Counted from the first letter of the stretch, positions 31,278-40,858 are shown. The stretch: DNA of 64,000 nucleotides from Deltaproteobacteria bacterium (GCA_025358085.1 JANYKT010000140.1:40225-104224), one strand, 5' to 3'. The notes: generated by a model not told the origin, from the letters alone. Translations and numbers: made by a program.

Positions 31278-31921
31278 GCGAAGGCATCATCGTTGCGGTG
31301 CGGTCGCCGAGCGAGCCTTTCTGGCCAGCTTTCCGCGCCGACCTGCACCGCCACTTCGTTTACCGTCCAGATGCGAGCCTCCTCCGGAAGCTCACCATCT
31401 GCCTGATGGTCGAAGGGATCTGGGCCATGGCCGTCTATCGCTTTGGCCGCAGCCTGCGAACGCGGGGCGGTCCTTTCCTGGTCTTCTGGCCCCTCTTTGC
31501 CCTCTGGGAGATGGCGGTCCGGATCCTCACGGGCATTCAACTCGATATCGGCGCGGAGATTGGTCCGGGCTTCTATGTCGGGCATCACGGAGCCATCTAT
31601 GTCGGGCCGGGAAGCCGGATCGGTCCCGATTCGAACATTGGTCAGATGTGTTATGTCGGTTCGGCCATGGCCATCCAGGGCGCGGCGCCGGTGATTGGCG
31701 CGCGGGTCTATCTGGGGCCGGGCTGCAAGGTAGTGGGCGCGGTGAAGATTGGCGACCGTGCCGCCATCGGCACCGGCGCGGTCATCCTCGACGACGTGCC
31801 CGCAGGCACCACCGCGGTAGGAAATCCCGCGCGCGTGGTCAGCAAGACCGGCTCGGACGATCTGATCTATCTGGGGAAAGGCACGCCGCTCCCGACCGGC
31901 GTCGCCGCGGCCGATCTATAA
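31274..31921 (+). CDS. CysE-like hexapeptide-repeat (LbH) acyltransferase
   Basis: GIQLDIGAEIGPGFYVGHHG, PVIGARVYLGPG, DVP...TAVGNPAR. Confidence 0.88.
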   Translation: MSEGIIVAVRSPSEPFWPAFRADLHRHFVYRPDASLLRKLTICLMVEGIWAMAVYRFGRSLRTRGGPFLVFWPLFALWEMAVRILTGIQLDIGAEIGPGFYVGHHGAIYVGPGSRIGPDSNIGQMCYVGSAMAIQGAAPVIGARVYLGPGCKVVGAVKIGDRAAIGTGAVILDDVPAGTTAVGNPARVVSKTGSDDLIYLGKGTPLPTGVAAADL

Positions 31922-31955
31922 AGCGGCGCACATCTTATCGAGTTGATTCGAGACT

Positions 31956-34097
31956 TCAGGCCGGATCAGCAGAATTTGAAATCGCTGCAACGATCGCTTC
32001 CAGCTCCGCAGGCTTGACCAGATGCAGATTGAATCCAGCTTGCAGACTCCGGGCCTTGTCCGCGCTTTGCCCATACCCGCTCAGGGCGATCAACCGCAGA
32101 TCCTGCAGACCTGGAAGTAAACGCAACCGGCCTGCCAACTCATATCCATCCATGATCGGGAGTCCGATATCGACCACGGCTACGCTCGGCTGGAAACTGG
32201 CAGCCAGCAGCAGGGCCTCCGCGCCGTCATGAGCAACCGCCACCAGGTGGCCGCACGATTGCAGCATCTCACCCAGCAGGTCGGCGGCATCGGCGTTGTC
32301 GTCCACGACCAGCACGCGCGTGGGGGCACTTTCTCCTGCCGACGGCAGCACCGCCGGCAGAGACTGCGCGAGCTCTTGCGCCGCCGGCAGCCGGACCACG
32401 AACTCGCTGCCCTTCCCCGGTCCGTCGCTGTGGACTGACACGGTTCCGTGGTGACTCTCCACCAGGCTGCGGACCAGGGCGAGGCCGATCCCGAGGCCGC
32501 CCTGCGACCGATCGAGACCGCGCTCCCCTTGCACGAAAAGGTCGAATACTTTGGGGAGCAATGCCGCCGAGATGCCGATACCCGTGTCCCGGACTACGAT
32601 CTTGACGATAGTGCCGTCGCAGCTTGCGACCACCGTGATCCGGGCGCCCGGGAGAGAGTATTTGGCTGCGTTGGTGAGCAGGTTTGCGAAGATCTGCGCC
32701 AGCCGGACTCCGTCGCCCATGACGCGAGCCGCGGGAGGGTCCACTCGCAAGGTCAGGTGATGAGAAGCCTGTTCGATCAGCGGGTGCGCGATCTCGATCG
32801 CTTTGGCGAGCACCTCGGCGATGAGCAGCGGCTCGACTTTTAAATCGACCTTGCCGCGGGTAATACGGGAGATATCCAGGAGGTCGTCGACCAACCGGAC
32901 GACATGCCGGACCTGGCGTTCAATGATCTGGTGCTCTCGGTCAGCGGCGGTTCCGCGCAGGCGCAGAAGCTGGATGGCGCTGAGAATGGGCGCGAGCGGA
33001 TTGCGCAGCTCGTGGGCGAGCATGGCGAGGAATTCGTCTTTACGGACTGCGGCGTCGCGCGCTTCCTGCGCGAGGCGGGCGACCTCCAACGCCCCACCCA
33101 GCCGGCGACCGAAGTCCTCGGCCATCTCCAGATCGGCGGCTCCGTAATCAATACCCTCGCGCGGGGGAAAAAGGGATACCGCTCCAATGACCTCGCCGCC
33201 GGTAATGATTGGCGCCGTCACCGCCGTTTTCTTGAGTGCCAACCCGGCCGCGAGAGGAGCCATGAGGGCGCGGCCGTCGCGCATGACCCGGCCCACCAGC
33301 TCGCGTACGGCCGGCTGGCTTTGCATTTTTCGCGCCTCGGCCACCTTCTCGGGATTCCGATGCGCAAGGGCAGCAATCGAAAGAAAGCCCGTGGAAGCTT
33401 GCAAGAGTTCCACGGCGCAAACTTCTGCCACGCGCTGGACGGCGATCTTTGCCGCGGCCGCCAGCGGAACTTCGGCGAGCTGCGAGGAAGAGGAAAGCGC
33501 TGCGCTGACCTCGGCGAGGAATGCGGCCCGGGACCGTGCAGCCTCGGCCTCCTCCACCAGTCGGGCGCTTTCGACCGCGTTGGCGAGGAGGTTCGCTGCC
33601 GCGCGCAGCAGCATTGACTCAGCAGGATCGGGGAATCCAGGCCGGCAAGCTCCGAATGCAATCACGCCGGTTCCGCCGTAGAAGCCGAGCTGCGTCACCT
33701 GCAACGGGATCACGCCCGTGCCGGGGAGATCGCAGGAAGCGCTTCCGGGGCTTTTGAGCCTCTCGTCCATTCCTGCGCGCACCCTCGCGATCACTTTCTC
33801 GTCGACAGTCGCCTTCCCGAGAAAGTGCGTCGCCTCCTCGCACTGCTGCTGCCCCGGTCGCGGTGTCAGGCGCGCATAGACCAGGTCGAGATGCACCAGC
33901 GAAGACAGCGTATCAACGGCGAGAGCGAGCGTTGCGGTGGGCGAGCGGCTGCTCCAAAGAGCCGGAAGGGCAAGCAGCGTCACCATGTTGAGCATGGCCC
34001 CGCGCAGCTTTGTCAATTCAACGGCCGCGGAATCCTCTGCCGATGCTTCCCGTCGCAGGGCTGCCGCTCCGAGGGCCTCTCCCGCCGAACGGCTCAC
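31956..34097 (-). CDS. Hybrid sensor kinase (GAF-HisKA-HATPase-REC)
   Basis: KDEFLAMLAHELRNPL, NLLTNAAKY, GGLGIGL, VLVVDDN, DIGLP.MDG, KP. Confidence 0.93.
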   Translation of the reverse strand: MSRSAGEALGAAALRREASAEDSAAVELTKLRGAMLNMVTLLALPALWSSRSPTATLALAVDTLSSLVHLDLVYARLTPRPGQQQCEEATHFLGKATVDEKVIARVRAGMDERLKSPGSASCDLPGTGVIPLQVTQLGFYGGTGVIAFGACRPGFPDPAESMLLRAAANLLANAVESARLVEEAEAARSRAAFLAEVSAALSSSSQLAEVPLAAAAKIAVQRVAEVCAVELLQASTGFLSIAALAHRNPEKVAEARKMQSQPAVRELVGRVMRDGRALMAPLAAGLALKKTAVTAPIITGGEVIGAVSLFPPREGIDYGAADLEMAEDFGRRLGGALEVARLAQEARDAAVRKDEFLAMLAHELRNPLAPILSAIQLLRLRGTAADREHQIIERQVRHVVRLVDDLLDISRITRGKVDLKVEPLLIAEVLAKAIEIAHPLIEQASHHLTLRVDPPAARVMGDGVRLAQIFANLLTNAAKYSLPGARITVVASCDGTIVKIVVRDTGIGISAALLPKVFDLFVQGERGLDRSQGGLGIGLALVRSLVESHHGTVSVHSDGPGKGSEFVVRLPAAQELAQSLPAVLPSAGESAPTRVLVVDDNADAADLLGEMLQSCGHLVAVAHDGAEALLLAASFQPSVAVVDIGLPIMDGYELAGRLRLLPGLQDLRLIALSGYGQSADKARSLQAGFNLHLVKPAELEAIVAAISNSADPA

Positions 34098-34741
34098 GCG
34101 ACGGCTCTCGCTCCCGCGCGCCGCCGGTCGTCCAGTTCCCGCAAATACTCGTCCGGAGGCGTATAGAAAGGATTCTCGTGCAGGACACCGCCGACGATGG
34201 TGAGCGGGTGCGCCCGCAGGACTTCCATCATCAGTTTCGCACTCAGCTTGTTGACGTCGTAGACGCAGATGGCCATTTGCTGGCTGCGGGCCAGCACGGC
34301 ATTCACCTTGATTTCGAATTCAACGAACTGTTCGGCGCCCTGGTGTCCGTCCAGCAACCAGTCGGTATGACCGAGAATGCGCATGCGCGCATAGCCCTGC
34401 TCTTTTCCTTCCGTCAAAGCGCCCTCGAACGTCTCCATCATGCGGGCTGGATCGAATCGTCCGTCCTGCAGGTAGACGTCATCCGTCGAAAGGATCGCCA
34501 GCTGGCCGTCGCGCTCGCAGTCGGCGACGCCGATCCCGGCGCTGGCCAATCGCTGCGCATGCTGCTCGCGCAATTTCGGGTCCCAGATGTGGAGGGCCTT
34601 CTCGTGATTCTCCAACCCCTCGCGCACGAAGGGCAGCAGGACGCGGTACTCCTCCTCTGTGCCATTGAAAAGGCCGCAGACATGGAAATACCGATCGAGT
34701 TTGCCGCCTGCAATGGATGCTGGCCAAAGCTGCTCAGTCAT
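34094..34741 (-). CDS. MEDS domain sensory protein
   Basis: HVCGLF...EEY.VLLPFVREGL...EK, EFE..VN, ICVYD, LRAHP, ENPFY; SD GGAGG; coupled to the kinase. Confidence 0.88.
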   Translation of the reverse strand: MTEQLWPASIAGGKLDRYFHVCGLFNGTEEEYRVLLPFVREGLENHEKALHIWDPKLREQHAQRLASAGIGVADCERDGQLAILSTDDVYLQDGRFDPARMMETFEGALTEGKEQGYARMRILGHTDWLLDGHQGAEQFVEFEIKVNAVLARSQQMAICVYDVNKLSAKLMMEVLRAHPLTIVGGVLHENPFYTPPDEYLRELDDRRRAGARAVA

Positions 34742-34883
34742 GAAGCCTCCAAGTGAACAATCTCGGGTCCAAAGTTGGCAATTTTACTTCACGGGCGACG
34801 CACCAGCTAGCCAATCGTTCCCAGGTGCCGGCGGAGTGTTCAATAGCTCCCACCCACCTGCTCGCTGGTCGATCAGCCACGCT

Positions 34884-35277
34884 CTAGCCGGGCAGCTCAA
34901 CCGTAAACCGCGAGCCAACCCCAGGCTCGCTCTCCACCCGAATGGAGCCGGCATGCGCGTCGATGATTTGTTTGGCGATATGCGTCGATGATTTGTTTGG
35001 CGATATAAAGACCGGGGCCAAGCCCGCTGACTTCGTTGGCGGATATAGCTCTTTCAAATTGCTTGAAGATGCGGCCGAAGTCCTGTTTGGCGATGCCGAT
35101 GCCGAAATCTTCAATCACGATGCGAGCGCACGCGGCAGTTTCGTCGACGCTGATTCGAACCGGTTGAATTCGACGGGTTCCTGGTTGATACCGAACTTGC
35201 CGGAGTTTAAACGCCGATTGAAAGGAATTGATCGCGCACCCGCACTGCCCGCTTCAGCTCGTGCACGTCGCGCGTGA
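34884..35277 (-). pseudogene. Degraded histidine kinase remnant
   Basis: Disjoint pieces RDVHELKRAVRVRDQFLSI / IEDFGIGI..RIF..FER / GLGPGLYIAKQIIDA / HAGSIRVESEPGVGSRFTVELP, with a stop and frameshifts. Confidence 0.85.
34957..35006. repeat. Perfect 25-bp tandem duplication
   Basis: GCGTCGATGATTTGTTTGGCGATAT x2; it frameshifts the kinase remnant. Confidence 0.9.
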
Positions 35278-35524
35278 TGCCCACCAGGTATTCAATCGTT
35301 CCCTCTTCGCCGGAGCGGGGCTCAGGATGTAATCAAAGTTAAGTGGCTCAAAGAGTCCATCTCGCGCCCGCTCGGGCCGAGGGTCGCCTCACCGGCCCGC
35401 CCGCGGCTCGCGAGGTGAGCCGCCAACGCTTCAGCCGTGGAGCTGGATGGGCGGCCTTGGCTACGAGGTCCGCGGTTGCGATCAGCGCAACGACTCACAA
35501 CCGCCGTCGCACCTGAAAGAAGAA

Positions 35525-35554
35525 GGGGCCTGCATCCTTTCGGATACAGGCCCC
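35525..35554 (-). terminator. Intrinsic terminator downstream of tRNA-Ala
   Basis: GGGGCCTG...CAGGCCCC stem followed on the minus strand by TTCTTCTTT. Confidence 0.75.
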
Positions 35555-35571
35555 AGTTCCACAAACGGGAG

Positions 35572-35644
35572 TGGAGCGTGCCGGGATCGAACCGGCGACC
35601 TCCGCAATGCCATTGCGGCGCTCTCCCAGCTGAGCTAACGCCCC
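35572..35644 (-). tRNA. tRNA-Ala(GGC)
   Basis: GGGGCGTTAGCTCAGCTGGGAGAGCG-CCGCA-ATGGCAT-TGCGG-AGGTC-GCCGGTTCGATCCCGGC-ACGCTCCA; G3:U70 pair present; CCA not encoded. Confidence 0.96.
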
Positions 35645-35694
35645 GTAAAAGCCGCGCGGGTGTAGCCCGACCGGGTAGCTCGTGTCAACGTTCT

Positions 35695-36852
35695 TCAGGC
35701 TGCCTTCGGAAGCGATTGGGCCGGCTGGCCAGCGAGCACTCGCCGGTACAGTTCGCCAGTCTTCCGACTCATGACCGGCAAGGTCAGCTCCGCCTGGACC
35801 CGCGCGCGCCCAGCCGCGCCCAGCCTGCGCGCGAGTGAGGAGTCGCGGAGCAGGCCGATGAGCTGCTCCGCCAGCAAGTCGGGACTGTGCGCGGCGACCA
35901 GACGTCCCGAGGCGTCCGGGCCGTCCACGCGCACCAGCTCGACATTGCCGCCCACCGCGGTGGCGACCACCGGAAGGGACGCGGCCATCGCTTCGATGAG
36001 CGCGTTTGAGAGTCCCTCGGCGTGCGACGCGAGGCAGGCGACATTTGCCCGCGCCAGCAAGGCCGGGACATCGAAGCGGTGTCCGAGCAGCAAGACGGTT
36101 TCCTTGAGGCCGCGCTCCGCGATCTGTTGCTCGAGCGTCGCGCGCATCGGCCCTTCGCCGGCACAGAGCACCAGCACGTCGGGGACCGCGAGGCGGGCCC
36201 GATCGATTGCCTCGATCAAATCGAGATGGCCTTTGACGGGGGAGAGGTTGCCAATCGCGACCACCGTGGGCCGGCCGGAGGGGAAAGGAAGCTCCGGCTC
36301 CCGCTGCGCCGCCGCGTCGAAGGCCGGTAGATCGAGGCCATTCTGCACCACGCACACGCGCTCTGCCGGCACGCCCTCTTCGTCCACGCAGAGCGCTCGC
36401 ACGGCCTCGGCATTGACGTAAACCGCATCGGCCGCTCTGCACGCCACCGCTTCGACCAGGTGGTGAGCGCGCGAGTACCAGTGCCCAAGATCGAAACGGC
36501 TGCAGATCACCTTTGCGCCCACCAGCCGCGCGGCCGGGACCGCAAGCAGGTTGGCGTAGAAGTCGTTGGCGTGAATGAGCTTCACGCCTTCACGCTCAAG
36601 GAATGCCGCGAGCTTCAAGATCTGGTGACCGGTGTTGAGCTGCGCGAGCCCGCCCTTGAGGCCGAACTCCTCGACGAAGAAGCCCAGCTTCTCAATCTCG
36701 GCCAGGTGCGGACCCGCCTTGTTGATGCAGGCAACCACCGGCCGAAACCCGGCGGGATGGCCGCGAAGGCGCGCGACGAACTGCTCCTCGGCACCGCCGA
36801 TCGCGAATTGATTGACGAGCTGGAGGACGGGCACCTCTTGCCTGGAAGCCAC
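35695..36852 (-). CDS. Glycosyltransferase family 4
   Basis: IGGAE, VQNG, GNL.PVKGH, EGLSNALIEAMA.SLPVVAT.VGG. Confidence 0.93.
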   Translation of the reverse strand: MASRQEVPVLQLVNQFAIGGAEEQFVARLRGHPAGFRPVVACINKAGPHLAEIEKLGFFVEEFGLKGGLAQLNTGHQILKLAAFLEREGVKLIHANDFYANLLAVPAARLVGAKVICSRFDLGHWYSRAHHLVEAVACRAADAVYVNAEAVRALCVDEEGVPAERVCVVQNGLDLPAFDAAAQREPELPFPSGRPTVVAIGNLSPVKGHLDLIEAIDRARLAVPDVLVLCAGEGPMRATLEQQIAERGLKETVLLLGHRFDVPALLARANVACLASHAEGLSNALIEAMAASLPVVATAVGGNVELVRVDGPDASGRLVAAHSPDLLAEQLIGLLRDSSLARRLGAAGRARVQAELTLPVMSRKTGELYRRVLAGQPAQSLPKAA

Positions 36853-36858
36853 GAACGA

Positions 36859-38172
36859 TCACCCCACCAGGCCCAGCGCGGGCAGCTCGCTGTTCGCGGG
36901 CGGCAGCACTGCCGGCTGGCTTTTTGTCCTATGCCCCCAGATGTCCAGGCATGCGGCAAACGCGCAGAGCGCATACAGGAACCAGCTCAACGAGTAGCCC
37001 GAGAAGAGCTGGCAGACGAGGTACCCCACCAGCGCCGCGAAGACGGCGCGCGCCTCTCCGCCGAGCTCGCCATTGCGGGCGCGCCAGCCTGACCAGAGTG
37101 AGCAGAGCAGCAGACCCACCATGCCGAACAGTCCGACCAGGCCCAGCTCGCCGACCACCTCGAGAAAGAGGTTGTGAGCCACGTAGGGGTGATCGATGGG
37201 CGCGTCGATGGCTGCGTATTGCTTCCAGGCGGCGAGGAAACTGGCCTCGCCCACGCCCAGAAGCGGGCGTTCGCGGACGATGCGGAAGGCCACGTGCCAG
37301 GCGTTGACGCGGCCCTGGACGCTGACGTCCTCGGCATATCCGGCGATGGTTTCATTGCGCTGCCAGAAACTCTGCGGTGCGAGGATGAGCACGCCAGCCG
37401 CGGCCACCAGGACGACCAGTCCGGCAACGGCCTTGCGCCGCGACATGAGCGCGAAGACCACCACGCTGACGGCGAGTCCCAGCGAACCGCCGCGCGAGTG
37501 GGTCGCGATGATGCCCATCAGGCAGACGACCACGCCGACAGCGCCGACGATGCGCTTGAACCAGTGCTGGTTCTTGCCGATGGCGAAGAAGAGAAGAATG
37601 GGCACCACGCCGACCAGGGCCATGGCGTCGTGATTCGGGTCCGCGAGCACGCCCAGCCAGCGGCCGCGGAAGCCTTCCACCAGCAGGAGGTCGTGGCTGT
37701 AGTTCCACCAGGTTCCCCAGGCGGGAATGATGGCAGCGGCGCAGTAGAGGAACAGCGAAGTCCGGATCCGTTTGGGCGTATTGGCGGTGTTCAACACCGA
37801 GAGGAAGAAGATGAAGTGCTTCGCGACCTCCATGGCGCCGAAGATCGTGGCTGGGCGATCGATGGCCCACATCGGCGAAAGCACTGCCGTACCCGCGTAG
37901 ACCGCGAGGAGAGCGGTGCGCCAGCCCATCCAGAGCGGCTGGTTCGTGAGCACGCGGTGCAGGAAGATCGCCAGGAGGCCTACCAGCGAAAGCATGAGCG
38001 GCAAGTGGAGCGGCTCCAGCCACGGCTGCCACTGCCCGAGCGACAGATAGGACTGCGCGGTGAAGAGGGCGACCGCCCAGAAGCCGATGCTGGCGATCGT
38101 CGATGCTTGCCAGCGGCGCGCTGAATCTCCGCTTCCGGAAATCACCAGATCCTGCGTTGCGGCGATTTGCAC
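36859..38172 (-). CDS. O-antigen ligase / Wzy-like membrane protein
   Basis: Multi-TM, DPN, THSRGG, RPLLGVG, AHN.FL.V.GELG; GTG 38172 with SD GGAGG. Confidence 0.88.
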   Translation of the reverse strand: MQIAATQDLVISGSGDSARRWQASTIASIGFWAVALFTAQSYLSLGQWQPWLEPLHLPLMLSLVGLLAIFLHRVLTNQPLWMGWRTALLAVYAGTAVLSPMWAIDRPATIFGAMEVAKHFIFFLSVLNTANTPKRIRTSLFLYCAAAIIPAWGTWWNYSHDLLLVEGFRGRWLGVLADPNHDAMALVGVVPILLFFAIGKNQHWFKRIVGAVGVVVCLMGIIATHSRGGSLGLAVSVVVFALMSRRKAVAGLVVLVAAAGVLILAPQSFWQRNETIAGYAEDVSVQGRVNAWHVAFRIVRERPLLGVGEASFLAAWKQYAAIDAPIDHPYVAHNLFLEVVGELGLVGLFGMVGLLLCSLWSGWRARNGELGGEARAVFAALVGYLVCQLFSGYSLSWFLYALCAFAACLDIWGHRTKSQPAVLPPANSELPALGLVG

Positions 38173-38652
38173 CAGAACCTCCAACGCGGAGAAGCCGCGC
38201 ACCGCCGCAACCTAAGCACTGCCGGGCCGGCGAGAAGCCGCCTGCTTCCACTCGCGGACTGCTCGCTGTTCATTGGTGAGCAGCCAAAGGCTGCCTTGGG
38301 CTCCCTGCCCTGTAGAGGCAAGCGACAGCTGAAGGCTTGGTCGGTAGAGTTACAGCCTCTTCAAAAGCTTGATCGCTACCCTTCTCTTCGATTGAGAAAG
38401 CCCTGACTCGTTCCGAGAGCTGCAATTGTAGCACCTGATGGTTCTGCGGCTCTATCTGGGCGGGGTGACGCACACAGCGGGGAGTGTGCGGCTGTCGGCT
38501 GACCTCTGACCCCATTCCCGGTCGCACGATAAGCCCGCCCAAAGTGGCACTTGCCCGCCAAAGATTCGTGCAATACGGGGCAAGCCTCCTGAGTTGGTCA
38601 ACCGAAACGCGAAGCACCCGGCGTTTCGGTAAGCAGCCAACCTGGAGGCATC

Positions 38653-40677
38653 TTGAAGTCATTCATCTTCGGTATCGCAGCCGCACTTGCCGTCGCAGGA
38701 AGCGCATCCGCAGCGCAGGTCTGGGTCGCTCCGTCGTCCATGAAGGTCCGCCCGGCCATGCAGCCGGCCGCGAACGCCCCCGTCGTGGCGAACCTTTCCG
38801 CAGCCCAGAATGAGTTCGAAGCGTTTCAAGTCGTGGTGAGCGGACAGGCCACCGGGATGTCGATGGCGCTCGAGTCCATGACCGACGGCGCTGGCCACAG
38901 CATCTCGGGCCGCGAGCTGGTGCTCTACCGCGAGGCGATTATCAATGTTCAGTTCCCCAGCGGCGGCGATGGTGCCGCTGGTGCCTGGCCCGACGCGCTG
39001 ATCCCTGATGTGGACCCAATCGTGGGCGAGAAGCGCAACGCCTTCCCCTTCGACGTCCCCGCGGGAGAAAACCGCGTGGTGCTGGTCGACATCCACGCCC
39101 CGGCCGGCACGCCCGCGGGCACCTATCATGGCAACGTGGTGGTCACCGGCAGCGTGTCCGCCAACATCCCGGTTACGCTGACCGTGTGGGACTTCGCGGT
39201 GCCCTCGACCTCGACGTTGAAGAGCGCGTACGGCATGTCGTGGAACGGCCCCTGCATGGGTCACGGCGACGCCAGCTGCGGCAACTACGCGGCGGAGATG
39301 GCGCTTCGCGCTCGTTACGTGCAGGCCGCGCTCGACAACCACATCTCGATCTACGCGCCCTTCTACACCTCGACCGTGGACGCGAACGGCAACGACACCA
39401 ACTGGACCGCCTTCGATCAGTACGTCGGCCCGGTGCTCGATGGCACCGCCCCCACCCGCCTGCAGGGCGCGAAGCTGACGGCGGTGCAGGTCAATGGCCC
39501 CACCACCACGCCGGTCGTCGGTGCCTGGGCAAAGCACTTCAAGCAGCACGGCTGGCCGCAGCTCTTCACCTACGTTTGCGACGAGCCGCCGCTGACCTGC
39601 AACTGGTCGGACATCGCGAGCCGCACCGCCGCCTCGCACGCTGCTGACGCCTCGGTCCCGACGCTGGTCACCACCACTACCGACGAGGCCAACAAGCAGG
39701 GCGCAACAGGCATCGACCTCTTCGTGCCGGTGGTGAACTTCATGGACGGCAAGACCGACCACCAGGGCAGCCAGCGCGCGAAGTACGGCGCCACCGCGTG
39801 GTGGTACCAGTCGTGTATGTCGTTCGGCTGCTCGAGCGTGGGCGGCGGGCGCGACGGCACCGGCGAGACCGGCTGGCCCTCCTACGCCATCGACACCGAC
39901 GGCACCCGCAACCGCGCGCAGGAGTGGATGTCCTTCGCGTACAACATGCAGGGGGAACTCTACTACGAGACCACGCAGGGCTACTTCAACGGCGACCCGT
40001 GGTCGAACCAGTGGAACTTCGGCGGCACCGGCGACGGCAACCTTTTCTACCCGGGCACCCCGGCGAAGATTGGCGGCACCACCGAGATCCCGGTCGAGTC
40101 GCTGCGCATGAAGGGCATCCGCGACGGCATGGAAGACTACGAATTCCTCGCACTGGCGACCAGGCTGGGCGCCGGCGCGCAGGCGCTGAAAATTGCCCAG
40201 GGCCTCTTCCCGCACACGTACCTGTCCAGCATCACCGCGGACAGCATCGACGCGGCCCGCGCTGAGCTGGCCGGCCTCATCCTCCACGCGCTGGGCAAGG
40301 ACGTCGTCGCCACCGGCGGCGGGTCGGGCGGCACTGGCACCGGCGGCACTGGCACCGGCGGCACTGGCACCGGCGGCGCTGGCACCGGCGGCACCGGCAC
40401 CGGCGGCACCGGCACCGGCGGCACCGGCACCGGCGGCACTGGCACCGGCACTGGCACCGGCGGCACTGGCGGAACCGGCACCGGCACCGGCGGAACTGGG
40501 CCCGGCGGCACGGGCGCGACTCCGACCACGCAGCCTCCGGTCATTCCGGTCCTGAAGGCGAACGCCGGCGGCTGCTCCAGCGGGGGTGCGCAGACGGCGT
40601 GGCTCGCTCTCCCCCTCTTTGCGATGGTGGGACTGCGCCGCCGCCGGGCCCTGGGCCTGGTGCGCCGCCGCAAGTAG
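38653..40677 (+). CDS. Secreted DUF4091 (GH123-like) protein with Gly/Thr linker and MYXO-CTERM tail
   Basis: Signal peptide, AAQNEFEAFQ, WPDAL.P, CDEP, GDG.LFYPG, SLR...IRDG.EDYE; ends GGCSSG + hydrophobic stretch + RRRR. Confidence 0.85.
   Translation: MKSFIFGIAAALAVAGSASAAQVWVAPSSMKVRPAMQPAANAPVVANLSAAQNEFEAFQVVVSGQATGMSMALESMTDGAGHSISGRELVLYREAIINVQFPSGGDGAAGAWPDALIPDVDPIVGEKRNAFPFDVPAGENRVVLVDIHAPAGTPAGTYHGNVVVTGSVSANIPVTLTVWDFAVPSTSTLKSAYGMSWNGPCMGHGDASCGNYAAEMALRARYVQAALDNHISIYAPFYTSTVDANGNDTNWTAFDQYVGPVLDGTAPTRLQGAKLTAVQVNGPTTTPVVGAWAKHFKQHGWPQLFTYVCDEPPLTCNWSDIASRTAASHAADASVPTLVTTTTDEANKQGATGIDLFVPVVNFMDGKTDHQGSQRAKYGATAWWYQSCMSFGCSSVGGGRDGTGETGWPSYAIDTDGTRNRAQEWMSFAYNMQGELYYETTQGYFNGDPWSNQWNFGGTGDGNLFYPGTPAKIGGTTEIPVESLRMKGIRDGMEDYEFLALATRLGAGAQALKIAQGLFPHTYLSSITADSIDAARAELAGLILHALGKDVVATGGGSGGTGTGGTGTGGTGTGGAGTGGTGTGGTGTGGTGTGGTGTGTGTGGTGGTGTGTGGTGPGGTGATPTTQPPVIPVLKANAGGCSSGGAQTAWLALPLFAMVGLRRRRALGLVRRRK
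40312..40512 (+). repeat. (GGTGT)n coding repeat
   Basis: GGCGGCACYGGCACC units in the linker. Confidence 0.85.
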
Positions 40678-40858
40678 GATCGGGCGGTGAGCTGCAGGCG
40701 CCCTGCGAGGCAGCGCGCCTGCAGTCCCGGACGACCCCGCCTGAAGGGCTCCTGCTCCGGGCCGCTGGTTGCATCTTTGTCCCCGCGCGGCCTCACCTCG
40801 CCGAAAGGTGGGCGCGGCACAGGCTCGACGGTGCAACCCCGGTTAGAGTGCCTGCTAC

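Noticed and set aside
26940-35644. Intact integrative element at tRNA-Ala
   Set aside because: No integrase or transposase, and no duplicated tRNA 3' end found.
38545-38560. TGGCAC as a sigma54 promoter for the DUF4091 gene
   Set aside because: No GC at the GG-N10-GC position.
38576-38649. c-di-GMP-I (GEMM) riboswitch or SRP RNA
   Set aside because: Only superficial similarity (GCAA, AAGCAGCC); it lacks the GEMM P2/P3 consensus and the SRP GNRA-capped helix 8.
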